A stretch of DNA of 63,813 nt, the filler included. It is 8 parts of 8 records of this genome, joined end to end, with 100 filler letters (N's around TTAATTAATTAA, not from the genome) between each part and the next. Parts side by side here need not be neighbours in the genome. Positions count along the whole stretch, not along the records: positions 17,492 to 28,415 come from SRR31147125_34888; positions 28,516 to 40,850 come from SRR31147125_34906; 6 more parts are not named here. The stretch is one strand, 5' to 3'. The position numbers and the translations under genes were made by a program. Under the pieces are notes generated by a model, which ran no database searches, was not told where the DNA came from, and saw only the letters and a program-made list of their open reading frames with translations. The stretch's first letter is position 1. Each line of letters starts with the position of its first letter. Positions 21,559 to 31,529 of the stretch are shown here, piece by piece.

Positions 21559-22197
21559 TTAATAAACCTCCATAACGGCGCCAGCAATTTTATGATTTTG
21601 GTCCGGGTGCTCACAATTTTCCGGCTCGATAGTCACGTTTAGAAAAATCTCGTAAACTTTGATAGCGAGAACAGCCTGTTGCGTCGCATTACCCGGAATA
21701 AACCCGGGTGGAAAACAGTCCGCATGCTCCTGTAAAAACCGTGCCGCAGCTCGTACAGCGGCAAGCTGTTTGTGGTCATCTGTTGTGGGAAAATCGAATT
21801 TCCAGCGACGTGCTCTTTGCGCAATTAAGGGCTTATTTTTATCTGGCGTAAGCCCTGTGGCGGCAAATACCCGGCAGTCATAGGTACGACAGGTTTTCGG
21901 GCGATAATCATAGATCGAGCACTTTTTATCGATAAACATAGGACAATGCCCATTTTCGTCGTATCCTAACAACACATGACCTTTGGGTAAACCGGGAGCA
22001 GGGAACAAGAGTTCTTTAGGTATACTTGCAAGCGTTTGGGTCTCATCAGGTCTTATATGTATAAAATAGGAAGACGTGCAACAAGCCGTACAATCTCCAC
22101 ATGCTACATGGACTTTTTCATCTGTTATCTGCGCTTTTCTTGTTTTAGAAAGCCAGGAAGAAAATCCTTCTGTTGGTATATCTTGTTTTTGAATCAC
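21559..22197 (-). CDS. YkgJ-family (CxxCxxCC) cysteine-cluster protein
   Basis: CGDCTACC, CPMF, CSIY..RPKTCRTYDC. Confidence 0.88.
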   Translation of the reverse strand: MIQKQDIPTEGFSSWLSKTRKAQITDEKVHVACGDCTACCTSSYFIHIRPDETQTLASIPKELLFPAPGLPKGHVLLGYDENGHCPMFIDKKCSIYDYRPKTCRTYDCRVFAATGLTPDKNKPLIAQRARRWKFDFPTTDDHKQLAAVRAAARFLQEHADCFPPGFIPGNATQQAVLAIKVYEIFLNVTIEPENCEHPDQNHKIAGAVMEVY

Positions 22198-22242
22198 TTT
22201 TTTAATTTTCCTTCATTACATATTATTGTTTGTTACTCCACT

Positions 22243-22313
22243 GATCGATCCGGGATTTATCCTGGGTTGCCAAATAAAGTGGAGCATTTGCCTCAATCCC
22301 AATTACCAATAAC
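22243..22313. repeat. Non-coding repeat B, copy 1 (contains a hairpin)
   Basis: 53/71 ungapped identity to 22536-22606. Confidence 0.75.
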
Positions 22314-22535
22314 CACCTGACTGCACGTTCACACCTGAGAAATCTTAATTTAGTAAAAAGATGAATCAACCCTTTAAAAACACAAGGTAAATTTATTAAT
22401 AGTTACATAAAAATGCAAGGTAACTGATGTTCGATCCGAAATTCAACCAGGTTCAAGCCCCTTAACATCAGAATAGTGCGTTATGTCTTGCAAACACGTA
22501 AAAGAACCTCCCTTTCGTCATTTTATGATCCCCCC

Positions 22536-22606
22536 GATCAACCTGGGAATCCTCCCGGATTGCCCAATAAATCAGGGCGTCTGCCTTAAGCCCAAATACC
22601 AATAAC
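22536..22606. repeat. Non-coding repeat B, copy 2
   Basis: Direct repeat 293 nt downstream of copy 1. Confidence 0.75.
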
Positions 22607-22706
22607 TGTCAGAACTTCAATTTACCGCTGATACTGCTGATGAAACACAGCTTCAGTTCTTGGTTTTATCCCACATTTTATTATATAATGTGATTATTTT
22701 ATCTTA

Positions 22707-24089
22707 TTAATTCAGCAACTTTACCAACGCTTTTTCAAGTGTTTCACCAGTCAAAACGTAATAAGGAAATTTTGTTTTATCAACAATTATTCCATTAGCA
22801 TCAACAAGAATAAATGATGGTTGAGTACACACTTCGAACATTTTTGCTATTTTAGAATTGAAATCGTGGCTAATGAAAACGTTCCGCCAGGGCATTTCCC
22901 AATGTTGTTCCCTAAATTTTATCAAGTCACTTATGTCTCTCTCCATGGCAATGCTAATAATTGTAAAATTTTTATCTTTAAATCTACTATAAAGATTATG
23001 CATGTTCTCCATCTCAGCTCTGCATGGACCGCAGGTCGTCGCCCAAAATTCTATCAAATAATTTGTTCCCAACATATTTTGTTTTGTAATAAGATTTTTT
23101 GTATCCACGTCCTCTAATGAAAAATCAGGTATTGGTTTACCCTCCACAATGTTATTTGTTTTATCAAGAAATATTAAATAAATAAATAAATGCGGAATGT
23201 CAGAAAAATCCTTCTTTATTATTCCATAATAATAACGGTACTTTTCTTCATTTTGCTCATGCTTGTACATCGATGCCAAACAATAAGCTGAAATAAAACC
23301 AAGATCGTATTGCTTTGTATTTTCATGAAATGCCGCCAATATTTTTTTGCCATCTTGCAATTGGGTAAATGGAAACAAAACCGAACCTGGAGCCCTTTCT
23401 GTGTTGACGATATTCCACGCACCGGATTCCGGTGGAATAAGGGAGAGTACTTCCTTTAATTCTGCCTCACTTAACCTTAATTTAAAAGGTTCCGAGGTGA
23501 ACTCACATAAAGACAAAGAAGCGTATTCCCTGACAATGGCCTCCTGTTTTTCATCTTTCATTAAAGAGATTACTCTTTTAACGCCCTTTGAATCCCGTGA
23601 TCTGATTTTTTTAATTTCACTTTTTTCCTTTTCAAGCGTAACTAATTGAAAAAGATCAAAAACCTGCTGATGAACCGAACCTTTGTCCTTAAATGTAACG
23701 TGCGGTATAATCAGGCTTTCCTCTTTTGTTTGTTTTTTGTGTAATTCAATATCCATTCTGATCTTTGAATCAGTGCGCCTGATAAATAAAGGAAATTCTT
23801 TTGTAACAATCTTGTCTGTGATGCCTATTGATATCAGGTAGTTATCCGGGGATAAATTGACTTTGTATTTCCCTTTTTTCACCTCTGCTTTTATCAAAGA
23901 TTCATGTAAACCTTTATTAAAATGAGAATCTGAAACATTTTTAGCATACAGACAAATAGCCGAATCATCACACCCGGAAATTTTACCGGAAATCTCAACA
24001 GACTTGCAAAACGACATGGATCCCAGGCAAAATTGAAGAAAAACAACAAGGATAAATGTTTTTACTATAAAAGCAGATGGATTATTCAT
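22707..24089 (-). CDS. TlpA/ResA-like thiol-disulfide oxidoreductase with long N-terminal extension
   Basis: C-terminal PDFSL...LIEFWATTCGPCRAEM...QPSFILVDANG; signal peptide; GGAGGG RBS. Confidence 0.85.
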   Translation of the reverse strand: MNNPSAFIVKTFILVVFLQFCLGSMSFCKSVEISGKISGCDDSAICLYAKNVSDSHFNKGLHESLIKAEVKKGKYKVNLSPDNYLISIGITDKIVTKEFPLFIRRTDSKIRMDIELHKKQTKEESLIIPHVTFKDKGSVHQQVFDLFQLVTLEKEKSEIKKIRSRDSKGVKRVISLMKDEKQEAIVREYASLSLCEFTSEPFKLRLSEAELKEVLSLIPPESGAWNIVNTERAPGSVLFPFTQLQDGKKILAAFHENTKQYDLGFISAYCLASMYKHEQNEEKYRYYYGIIKKDFSDIPHLFIYLIFLDKTNNIVEGKPIPDFSLEDVDTKNLITKQNMLGTNYLIEFWATTCGPCRAEMENMHNLYSRFKDKNFTIISIAMERDISDLIKFREQHWEMPWRNVFISHDFNSKIAKMFEVCTQPSFILVDANGIIVDKTKFPYYVLTGETLEKALVKLLN

Positions 24090-24311
24090 TTGTGAGCTCC
24101 CTCCGTTAATGGAATAACATGATAGCTTACAGGTTGGCTTGCTTTTGTCTCATTTTTTAAATTAATCAATTGTTATCATTTTGTGAGCATCTGTTTAGAT
24201 AAGCCTGGTGCCTTAACAAATCCACATTGTAGCTGCCACATTTTTTTTCCGACACTCTTGTATTCTTTTATTATGATTATTCTGATTTTGGGATGTGATA
24301 GGTAAGAAAAC

Positions 24312-24359
24312 AAAAAAAGGCACACCACGGTCTTGCAACGAAAACTCGGTTGTGCCTTT
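24312..24359 (-). terminator. Long hairpin with U-tract; probable terminator of the GH2-porter unit
   Basis: AAAGGCACA (24316-24324) pairs with TGTGCCTTT (24351-24359); the A7 run gives poly-U on the minus strand. Confidence 0.55.
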
Positions 24360-24472
24360 AAATATGTGTCTTCATGAGGGACCCCTTACCCTAACCCCTT
24401 ATTTTTATTGATTATATAATAGGATATTAAAAGTATTTTAAAATCGCAAGAAATATTTTATTTGTTTAAAAA

Positions 24473-25882
24473 TTATCGAAAAAAACCTCCCGGAGGTTTC
24501 ACCCACATCCTCTCAATATCCTCCAAAGATTTCCCCTTTGTCTCCGGCACAAAACGCCAGACAAACACCAGCAAGACAAAACAAAGAGCACCATAAACCC
24601 AGAACGGAAATCCGTTATGAAAACGCTGCACCAACCATTCATTTTCACTCATCATCGGAAAGGTCTGCGACACCAGGTAATTTGCCAGCCACAGGCACAC
24701 CGTGGCCACGGCCATGGCGCGACCGCGAATTTTAGTGGGAAAAATTTCCGACAGGATGACCCAGGTAACCGGCCCTACGGACAGCGCGAAACAGGCGATA
24801 TAACCCAGTATGAACAACAACACCCATAATTCCGCTTTTTGATAGAAGGAGGCGAGGCCTAACGCGGTTAAAGCAATTCCCATACCCAGGGCGCCGATCA
24901 TCATCAACGGTTTACGACCCAGCCGGTCCACGGTGCGGATGGCAATAATCGTGAAGGTTAGATTGAAAAAGCCCACGACTACGGTCTGCATCAGGGCTGT
25001 ATCCGTACCGGTGCCTAATTTCTTGAAAATCTCCGGCGCGTAATACAGAAAAACATTAATGCCGGTAACCTGCTGCAATACAGCCAGAACAATGCCGATA
25101 ATCAGCACAATCCTCATGCCCGGATGAAAAAGCTGGGCAAGAGAGTCGCTTTCCTGGGCGATGGTATTTTTGATCTCTTTCATTTCTTCCTGCGCCTTTT
25201 TTAAGCCCAAAGCGCATGACAGCACCCTTAATGCCTCTTCACCCTTTTGCTTTTTGGCAAGCCATCTCGGACTTTCAGGCACAAAAAACAGCGCGATCAG
25301 AAAAAGTACGGCCGGTAAAGCCTCGGAACCAAACATCCAGCGCCAGCCCGTTTCTACATTCCATTGCTCTGTCGCCTGTCCGGCGATAAAATAATTAACA
25401 AAATAGACTACCAGCATACCAGTAACAATGGCAAATTGGTTCACGGAAACCATGCGTCCTCGCATATGTGCTGGTGCTATTTCCGCAATGTACATAGGCG
25501 AGGTCATGGACGCGGCTCCGACACCAAATCCACCAATGATTCGGAATATGATAAACTGAGTGAGTGTATTGGGAATGGCCGTACCGATGGCAGAAATAGT
25601 AAACATGATTGCCGACAAAATAAGCACTTTTTTCCTTCCCAGCCAGTCGCTGAACACACCTGCCAGGGCAACACCCATAACACATCCCAGAAGAGCGCAT
25701 GAGGCAGTCCATCCCATCTGCGACGCATCCAAAGAAAACCGGCTGCGTAGAAATCCAATTGCACCGGATATCACCGCCGTATCATAGCCGAATAACAACC
25801 CGCCCAGCGCGGCTACCAGAACCACTGTAAAGACAAAAACAAAACTTCCCTTTTCTTCTGTGACAGAAACAACTTTTTCCAT
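24473..25882 (-). CDS. Sugar porter family MFS transporter (XylE-like)
   Basis: GGLLFGYDTAVISG, DWLGRK, PESPRWL, LQQVTGINV, PETKG; ATG at 25882 with AGGAGA RBS. Confidence 0.95.
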   Translation of the reverse strand: MEKVVSVTEEKGSFVFVFTVVLVAALGGLLFGYDTAVISGAIGFLRSRFSLDASQMGWTASCALLGCVMGVALAGVFSDWLGRKKVLILSAIMFTISAIGTAIPNTLTQFIIFRIIGGFGVGAASMTSPMYIAEIAPAHMRGRMVSVNQFAIVTGMLVVYFVNYFIAGQATEQWNVETGWRWMFGSEALPAVLFLIALFFVPESPRWLAKKQKGEEALRVLSCALGLKKAQEEMKEIKNTIAQESDSLAQLFHPGMRIVLIIGIVLAVLQQVTGINVFLYYAPEIFKKLGTGTDTALMQTVVVGFFNLTFTIIAIRTVDRLGRKPLMMIGALGMGIALTALGLASFYQKAELWVLLFILGYIACFALSVGPVTWVILSEIFPTKIRGRAMAVATVCLWLANYLVSQTFPMMSENEWLVQRFHNGFPFWVYGALCFVLLVFVWRFVPETKGKSLEDIERMWVKPPGGFFR

Positions 25883-25919
25883 ACGTATTTCTCCTGTTGA
25901 GCAGATTCTGAAACAGCCA

Positions 25920-26021
25920 GCCAACCTCCCGGAGGTGGCGAAAAACATCTAAATCTTGACTGTTACTGTTATACTGTTTTTAGCAATAATTCATATCGAT
26001 AGCCACCTCCGGGAGGGTTCG
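25920..26021. repeat. Inverted pair of ACCTCC(C/G)GGAGG palindromes (REP doublet); third copy at 24483-24499
   Basis: GCCAACCTCCCGGAGGTGGC (25920-25939) is nearly the reverse complement of GCCACCTCCGGGAGGGTTCG (26002-26021). Confidence 0.75.
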
Positions 26022-26080
26022 CTGACATTGCTGATATGACAGACGAAGCACAGCTTCTGTTGCCAGTTTCGTCCCAAATT

Positions 26081-28363
26081 TTAATTTGGGACGAAGATTG
26101 AAGGTCTATAATCGAAAAAGCGGACTGGCTGTTTTGCACCAATTTTAATATAACGCCTGCTGACAATCGGTGATTGGTCCGGATTTGTATCCGGTGTAAA
26201 TTCAGCCAGTAAGAGGTATCCGCCCGGTTTTTCCGGCAACGGAATATTAACAGGTAGATAACGTTTCAGATAGCCGGGAATGGAGATGGTTACCTCCTTG
26301 TCGAGAACCTCTTTTCCATCCTCATCCAGTAAACGAATGGATACCTGACCCTGAGTCGTTCCTGGCTCATCATTTACGCCCACCAGATTAAAACTCAAAT
26401 TGGAGCCTGGCTCAAAGGGCAACACATGTTTATTATAACGTTGATCCAGCAAATCAATAAAAACAGCAGCCGGTGCAAAACAATGGGCAAACCAGTCCAG
26501 GGTCAGACCGTGTTGGAGATCAGCGATATTGTTGATGAACCAGTCACCTGTATAGCCATAATTATTCGTCAGATAACAAAATGCCAGTACACCGGCCAGA
26601 GAACGTTCCGTGCGTAACCATTCTGTCTGTAGTTGAACCCAATAAGCCTGCATGAAGCGTCGTTGTTGGGTTGTATGATTTTCTCCGATATAATAGCGAA
26701 AAGTTTGTATCATCAGTTTTGCCGGATTCCCATCCCGCCATAACCACATCCAGCCATATTCATTCACCAGCTGGGCCGCACTTGACTCGAGTATATTTTG
26801 CCTGTTTTCCGGCCAGTAATGCAAATCACCCAGAGGATAAGGATTCTTCTCAAGCTGTTCCTTAAATTTTTTAAAGGACCTCATTTTACCTTTAACACAG
26901 TAGGGATGTGGCTCATCCATTTCATCCAGGCCCATATGCTCAGAGGTCATATATCCGGCGTCCCAGATACGGGTATTGTCCAGTTTTTTTAATTCCGGTA
27001 TCAAGACATTGCCGATATACGGATCCCAGTTTTCATTGATCGCATCCCAGATCACAATAGCGGGATGGTTGCCATCACTCCACACCCAATTCGTATATTC
27101 GGCTTTAATCTGTTCATCCCACCCATGATTCTGCCAGTAGAGCCACTCGTTTTGCAGTAAAAGACCTTCCTCATCAGCGATTTCGTACCACAGGGATGGC
27201 GCGATACCCACACATATTCGCATGGCATTCCAGTGTAATCTTTTAGGAATATCGGCCAGCAGTTTTTTCACCCATTTTCGGTCCCAGGGCAAGGCAGCGC
27301 AATCCGGATCTTCAAAAAACCGGTGCAACGTGACATTCGTACCGCGCAACATAATTTTGCGGCCATTCAAAGCAAAATGTTTACCCACACGTTTGAAATT
27401 CCTCATGCCAAAGCGTATATTCACGTTATCACTTTTCAAGTCCTTATCATACAGTGTTATTTCCGCGCAGTAGAGAAAAGGGTTGTCTGGCGTCCATGCC
27501 TGAAATTCGTTGACCGGAATATCAATGGCTGTTTCTGTCAGCTTGTCTCTCATGACCACAATGTTTTTCTTTACCTGTTTAGCCACCAACTTGCTGCTCT
27601 TTGCTTCCCGGATTTTGATTTCTACATTACACGTGTTTGACTTTTGCGTGCTATATATGGTTTGCGCCGGGTAAAAACTGCGTATTAACAATTTGACTGT
27701 TACTTTTTTATCAACAACAGAAGGAAGAACAAGGGAACGATTTATCCGCAATTGCCCGGTAAAAGTAACAGATACATTATCCCAGATACCCGGAAGATAA
27801 TTCACCTTTTCATTATCTGTGCTACCAGCCGCCGCACTGGGTAGCCAGGCCCGATCTCCCACACGAACTACAATCTCATTTTCTTTACCAAATTTAAGGG
27901 CGTGCGTTATGGGAAATTCAATGGGGGTATAACAGGCTATGGATTGGCCAACCTCGATTCCATTGACAAAAGCCTGTGTCACATACTTGCTTTTCAGAAT
28001 TGTTAATACGGCCTGAGTATCCTGCAAATTCTTGGATACAGTGAATTGGCGTTGATACCAGTTATAGCGCGGCTCATAAAACAAATCCAGGACATTATGG
28101 CCAGAACCATATTGTACAGTATCCGGTCTCGCAAAAAAGGTGTCATATTGATCCACCTTTGGTTCGGCCATATGGATAAGACCTGGAACAGGGATTTTTC
28201 TTGTAAATTTTTCTGGCGGAAAAGCGGTTTTTGTTTGTTCAAAATCCCAGGTACCGTTTAAATCAATAGTAACGCGATCCTGATCTGCAGCGGATATATC
28301 CAAAAACATAAATAAGAACAAGCACACACGAATGACAAGTCCTGAGAATTGATTTATATTCAT
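26081..28363 (-). CDS. Glycoside hydrolase family 2 protein, secreted
   Basis: IDLNGTWDF, GIWDNV, WTPDNPFLY, FGMR, NHPAIVIWDAINE (acid/base), VNEYG (nucleophile). Confidence 0.9.
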   Translation of the reverse strand: MNINQFSGLVIRVCLFLFMFLDISAADQDRVTIDLNGTWDFEQTKTAFPPEKFTRKIPVPGLIHMAEPKVDQYDTFFARPDTVQYGSGHNVLDLFYEPRYNWYQRQFTVSKNLQDTQAVLTILKSKYVTQAFVNGIEVGQSIACYTPIEFPITHALKFGKENEIVVRVGDRAWLPSAAAGSTDNEKVNYLPGIWDNVSVTFTGQLRINRSLVLPSVVDKKVTVKLLIRSFYPAQTIYSTQKSNTCNVEIKIREAKSSKLVAKQVKKNIVVMRDKLTETAIDIPVNEFQAWTPDNPFLYCAEITLYDKDLKSDNVNIRFGMRNFKRVGKHFALNGRKIMLRGTNVTLHRFFEDPDCAALPWDRKWVKKLLADIPKRLHWNAMRICVGIAPSLWYEIADEEGLLLQNEWLYWQNHGWDEQIKAEYTNWVWSDGNHPAIVIWDAINENWDPYIGNVLIPELKKLDNTRIWDAGYMTSEHMGLDEMDEPHPYCVKGKMRSFKKFKEQLEKNPYPLGDLHYWPENRQNILESSAAQLVNEYGWMWLWRDGNPAKLMIQTFRYYIGENHTTQQRRFMQAYWVQLQTEWLRTERSLAGVLAFCYLTNNYGYTGDWFINNIADLQHGLTLDWFAHCFAPAAVFIDLLDQRYNKHVLPFEPGSNLSFNLVGVNDEPGTTQGQVSIRLLDEDGKEVLDKEVTISIPGYLKRYLPVNIPLPEKPGGYLLLAEFTPDTNPDQSPIVSRRYIKIGAKQPVRFFDYRPSIFVPN

Positions 28364-28415
28364 GGCAAAACCTTTTAATTATTCTTTTTTTGGTAGCGTA
28401 TAATTAACTGTTGCT

Positions 28416-28515
28416 NNNNNNNNNNNNNNNNNNNNNNNNNNNNNNNNNNNNNNNNNNNNTTAATTAATTAANNNNNNNNNNNNNNNNNNNNNNNNNNNNN
28501 NNNNNNNNNNNNNNN
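28416..28515. other. Artificial contig linker
   Basis: N44-TTAATTAATTAA-N44. Confidence 0.99.
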
Positions 28516-28527
28516 AAAACAAAACCG

Positions 28528-30816
28528 GTGAACACCGTGAGAGAATGGAATCTTCAGGAAAAAACTGAACTCGCCATATCTGGAATGAGTTGTTCCGGCT
28601 GTGTCGCCAAGGTAGAGAAAAAACTCCGCCTACAGCCTGGAGTTACGCATGCACAAATCAATTTTGCCAGCGAAATAGCGACGATTGAATATGCCAACGC
28701 CCAGACCAACCCAGAGGAACTCGTTCGCGTCATCGAGTCCCTTGGCTATCAGGCCAAGGAAGCAAGCTTGGGAGATCCGATTGCCGATGAACAGCAAGCC
28801 AGAGAAAAATCGTTTAAGCAGCTTCGCAACAAGTTTGTGTTTGGGCTATCCCTCGTGATCCCGCTGTTTCTTTTGGTCCACTGGCAAAATCTCGGTTTAA
28901 ACAATCTCTGGGATTTATCGCAGCAGAACAACTTCCTGCTGCAATTCCTCGTCCAGAGCCCAATCCAGTTCTGGATCGGAGGACAATTCTACCGTGGGGC
29001 CTGGGGTGCGCTGAAAAATAAAACCAGTGATATGAACACACTTATTGCCGTTGGCACCAGCGCCGCCTACCTGTACAGCGTTTTGGTAACTTTCGTCCCG
29101 TTCATCTTTGCTGCGGAAGGACTGGTTTTGGAAGTCTATTTCGATACCGCCGGCATGATTATCGTTCTGATTCTTTTAGGGCGAATCCTCGAAGCGAGGG
29201 CCAAAGGGCAAACCTCCGAGGCGATCAAAAAGCTGGTCGGTCTGCAAGCAAAAACAGCCCGGGTCATTCGCTCCGGTCAGGAATTAGAAGTGCCAATCGA
29301 TAAGGTGGTGGTTGACGACACCGTGATCGTCCGACCAGGTGAAAAGATACCTGTTGATGGCGTCATTCTAGAAGGACGCTCGGCTGTCGATGAATCAATG
29401 GTCACCGGTGAATCAATTCCGGTTGAAAAACAGACTGGTGATGAAGTAATCGGCGTAACGATCAACAAAACCGGCAGCTTCCACTTCAAGGCGACCAAGA
29501 TCGGGAAAGACACCATGCTCGCCCAAATTATCAGAATGGTTCAAGAGGCCCAAGGTTCCAAACCGCCGATCGCCCGACTGGCCGATATTATCGCATCCTA
29601 TTTTGTTCCAGCCGTTATTGTAATCGCGGTCATCACGTTTGGCGTCTGGCTGATGTTCGGCCCTGAGCCTGCTTTGACCTATGCCTTATTGAACTTTGTT
29701 GCCGTTATGATTATTGCCTGCCCCTGCGCTTTAGGTCTGGCAACACCTACATCGATTATGGTTGGCACTGGTCGTGGTGCAGAATCCGGTATTCTGATCC
29801 GTAGTGGCGAAGCGCTGGAGACGACCCATAAGCTGGACACCATTGTACTAGACAAAACTGGAACCATCACCAAGGGTAAACCTGAGGTGACCGACGTGTT
29901 GACCGTTTTCGGGTTCGACAAGCTGGAGCTGTTACGTTTAGCGGCTGCAGCAGAAAAAGGATCTGAGCATCCACTGGGCGAGGCAATCGTTAACAAGGCA
30001 AAACTGGAGAAGTTGGCCCTTGTACCAGTGAATGATTTTGAAGCTGTTCCTGGTAAAGGGATTAAGGCAGAGCTTGATGGACACGAACTTCTGCTAGGCA
30101 ATTCACAGCACCTGATTGAAAATCAAGTTTCGGTAAAATCTTTGACAGAAGAAAGTTCCCGACTTGCCAAGGAAGGCAAGACTCCAATGTTGGCGGCAAT
30201 TGATCGACAGGCTGCAGGTATCATTGCGGTCGCCGACACGGTGAAGGAAACATCTGCAGAGGCAATAAAGGCTTTGCACAGATTCGGGATGCAGGTCATC
30301 ATGTTGACCGGCGATAATCGCAGCACTGCTGAGGCGGTTGCCCATTCTGTTGGCATCGATCAGGTACTCGCCGAGGTATTACCGAATCAAAAGGCAACAG
30401 AGGTAAAACGACTTCAAAAAGAAGGGAAAAAAGTCGGTATGGTCGGCGATGGCATTAATGATGCGCCAGCACTCGCTCAAGCCGAGGTTGGAATCGCCAT
30501 CGGTACTGGTACTGACATCGCCATTGAGGCCGCGGATATTACTTTGATCAGCGGTGAACTGACTGGTGTAGTCAATGCTATTGCTCTGAGCAAGGCGACC
30601 ATCCGCAACATCAAGCAGAACCTCTTCTGGGCCTTTGCATACAACACAATGCTGATCCCGATTGCTGCCGGTATATTGTTTCCGACATTCGGGATTCTGC
30701 TCAATCCAATGTTTGCAGCAGCAGCGATGGGACTATCATCATTGACGGTGGTTGGCAACGCCGTGCGTTTACGGCGCTTCAGAGGTCCAGTCTCCTCCTG
30801 CTCCTTGACTCTTTAG
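28528..30816 (+). CDS. copA: Cu(I)-translocating P1B-1 ATPase (start uncertain, near contig edge)
   Basis: GMSCSGC metal-binding domain, [31 protein letters not shown] and MxxSS transmembrane ligands. Confidence 0.95.
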   Translation: MNTVREWNLQEKTELAISGMSCSGCVAKVEKKLRLQPGVTHAQINFASEIATIEYANAQTNPEELVRVIESLGYQAKEASLGDPIADEQQAREKSFKQLRNKFVFGLSLVIPLFLLVHWQNLGLNNLWDLSQQNNFLLQFLVQSPIQFWIGGQFYRGAWGALKNKTSDMNTLIAVGTSAAYLYSVLVTFVPFIFAAEGLVLEVYFDTAGMIIVLILLGRILEARAKGQTSEAIKKLVGLQAKTARVIRSGQELEVPIDKVVVDDTVIVRPGEKIPVDGVILEGRSAVDESMVTGESIPVEKQTGDEVIGVTINKTGSFHFKATKIGKDTMLAQIIRMVQEAQGSKPPIARLADIIASYFVPAVIVIAVITFGVWLMFGPEPALTYALLNFVAVMIIACPCALGLATPTSIMVGTGRGAESGILIRSGEALETTHKLDTIVLDKTGTITKGKPEVTDVLTVFGFDKLELLRLAAAAEKGSEHPLGEAIVNKAKLEKLALVPVNDFEAVPGKGIKAELDGHELLLGNSQHLIENQVSVKSLTEESSRLAKEGKTPMLAAIDRQAAGIIAVADTVKETSAEAIKALHRFGMQVIMLTGDNRSTAEAVAHSVGIDQVLAEVLPNQKATEVKRLQKEGKKVGMVGDGINDAPALAQAEVGIAIGTGTDIAIEAADITLISGELTGVVNAIALSKATIRNIKQNLFWAFAYNTMLIPIAAGILFPTFGILLNPMFAAAAMGLSSLTVVGNAVRLRRFRGPVSSCSLTL

Positions 30817-30836
30817 TTTGCTAGTGAGTTTATAAT
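30805..30836 (+). promoter_or_regulatory. MerR-type promoter/operator: TTGACT-N20-TATAAT with dyad ACTCTTTAG-tttg-CTAGTGAGT
   Basis: Near-consensus -35 and -10 boxes, elongated 20-bp spacer, 7/9 dyad overlapping -35; directly upstream of the MerR gene. Confidence 0.8.
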
Positions 30837-30868
30837 AGAAGAAGTTTATGAGAAATAAAGGAGTTATC

Positions 30869-31288
30869 ATGAACGGTTTAACGATTGGCAAAGTTGCCAA
30901 AAGTGCTGGTCTCGGAATCGAGACAGTGCGTTTCTACGAAAAGGAAGGCTTGATTGACCCGCCGCAGCGCACTGAATCGAATTATCGAATCTATCCACAG
31001 CGTGACATTGTACGGCTGCGCTTTATCAAACGAGCTAAAAGTCTCGGTTTCACATTGAAGGAGATTAAAGAGTTGCTTTCCCTGCAGCGCGACCCACACG
31101 CGACCAAAGCGGATGTCAAACAACAGACTGAGGCAAAGATCGCTGATATTGAAAACAAGATTCAGGACCTTACCAGGATCAAAAATACTCTGGAATCACT
31201 AGATGAATGTTGCGACGGTAGTGGGCCGACTAGTGACTGTCCTATTTTAGACGCGCTACTGACAGGCCATGGCATTGAAGACAGTTGA
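30869..31288 (+). CDS. MerR-family heavy-metal-responsive regulator (CueR-like)
   Basis: LTIGKVAK...ETVRFYEK HTH, LGFTLKEIKELL, metal loop CCDGSGPTSDCPIL; AAGGAG RBS before the ATG at 30869. Confidence 0.93.
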   Translation: MNGLTIGKVAKSAGLGIETVRFYEKEGLIDPPQRTESNYRIYPQRDIVRLRFIKRAKSLGFTLKEIKELLSLQRDPHATKADVKQQTEAKIADIENKIQDLTRIKNTLESLDECCDGSGPTSDCPILDALLTGHGIEDS

Positions 31289-31529
31289 ATGCCGTTAGAT
31301 GCCGTAGAATTTCTGTTTCAAAACTATGGAGATATTAGCCCTCCGTAGCTTCAGTCTAAACCCCACTATTCGGTGTATTAAATGTTGCGTCAAAAAGGTT
31401 TTCACAAGTTCAAGGACATTTGAGAGCAGATGCAATCTGACACTGTCTGTCAGATCAAGTCCCGATTACTACATCTTATCTCACGACTTTTGAGGCACAT
31501 GAACTTCTGCTTGAATCCCCTCCAAAAGA

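Noticed and set aside
22420..22465. tRNA-like T-loop fragments (GTTCGATCC, GGTTCAAGCCCC)
   Set aside because: No cloverleaf, acceptor stem or CCA end can be built
18645..22606. CRISPR array or integron attC array
   Set aside because: Only two copies per repeat family, degenerate and too long or too far apart for CRISPR; no cas or intI gene and no clear attC box structure
28363..28528. Functional link between the sugar genes and the copper ATPase, or between hupE and putA
   Set aside because: Separated by contig linkers and probably from different organisms
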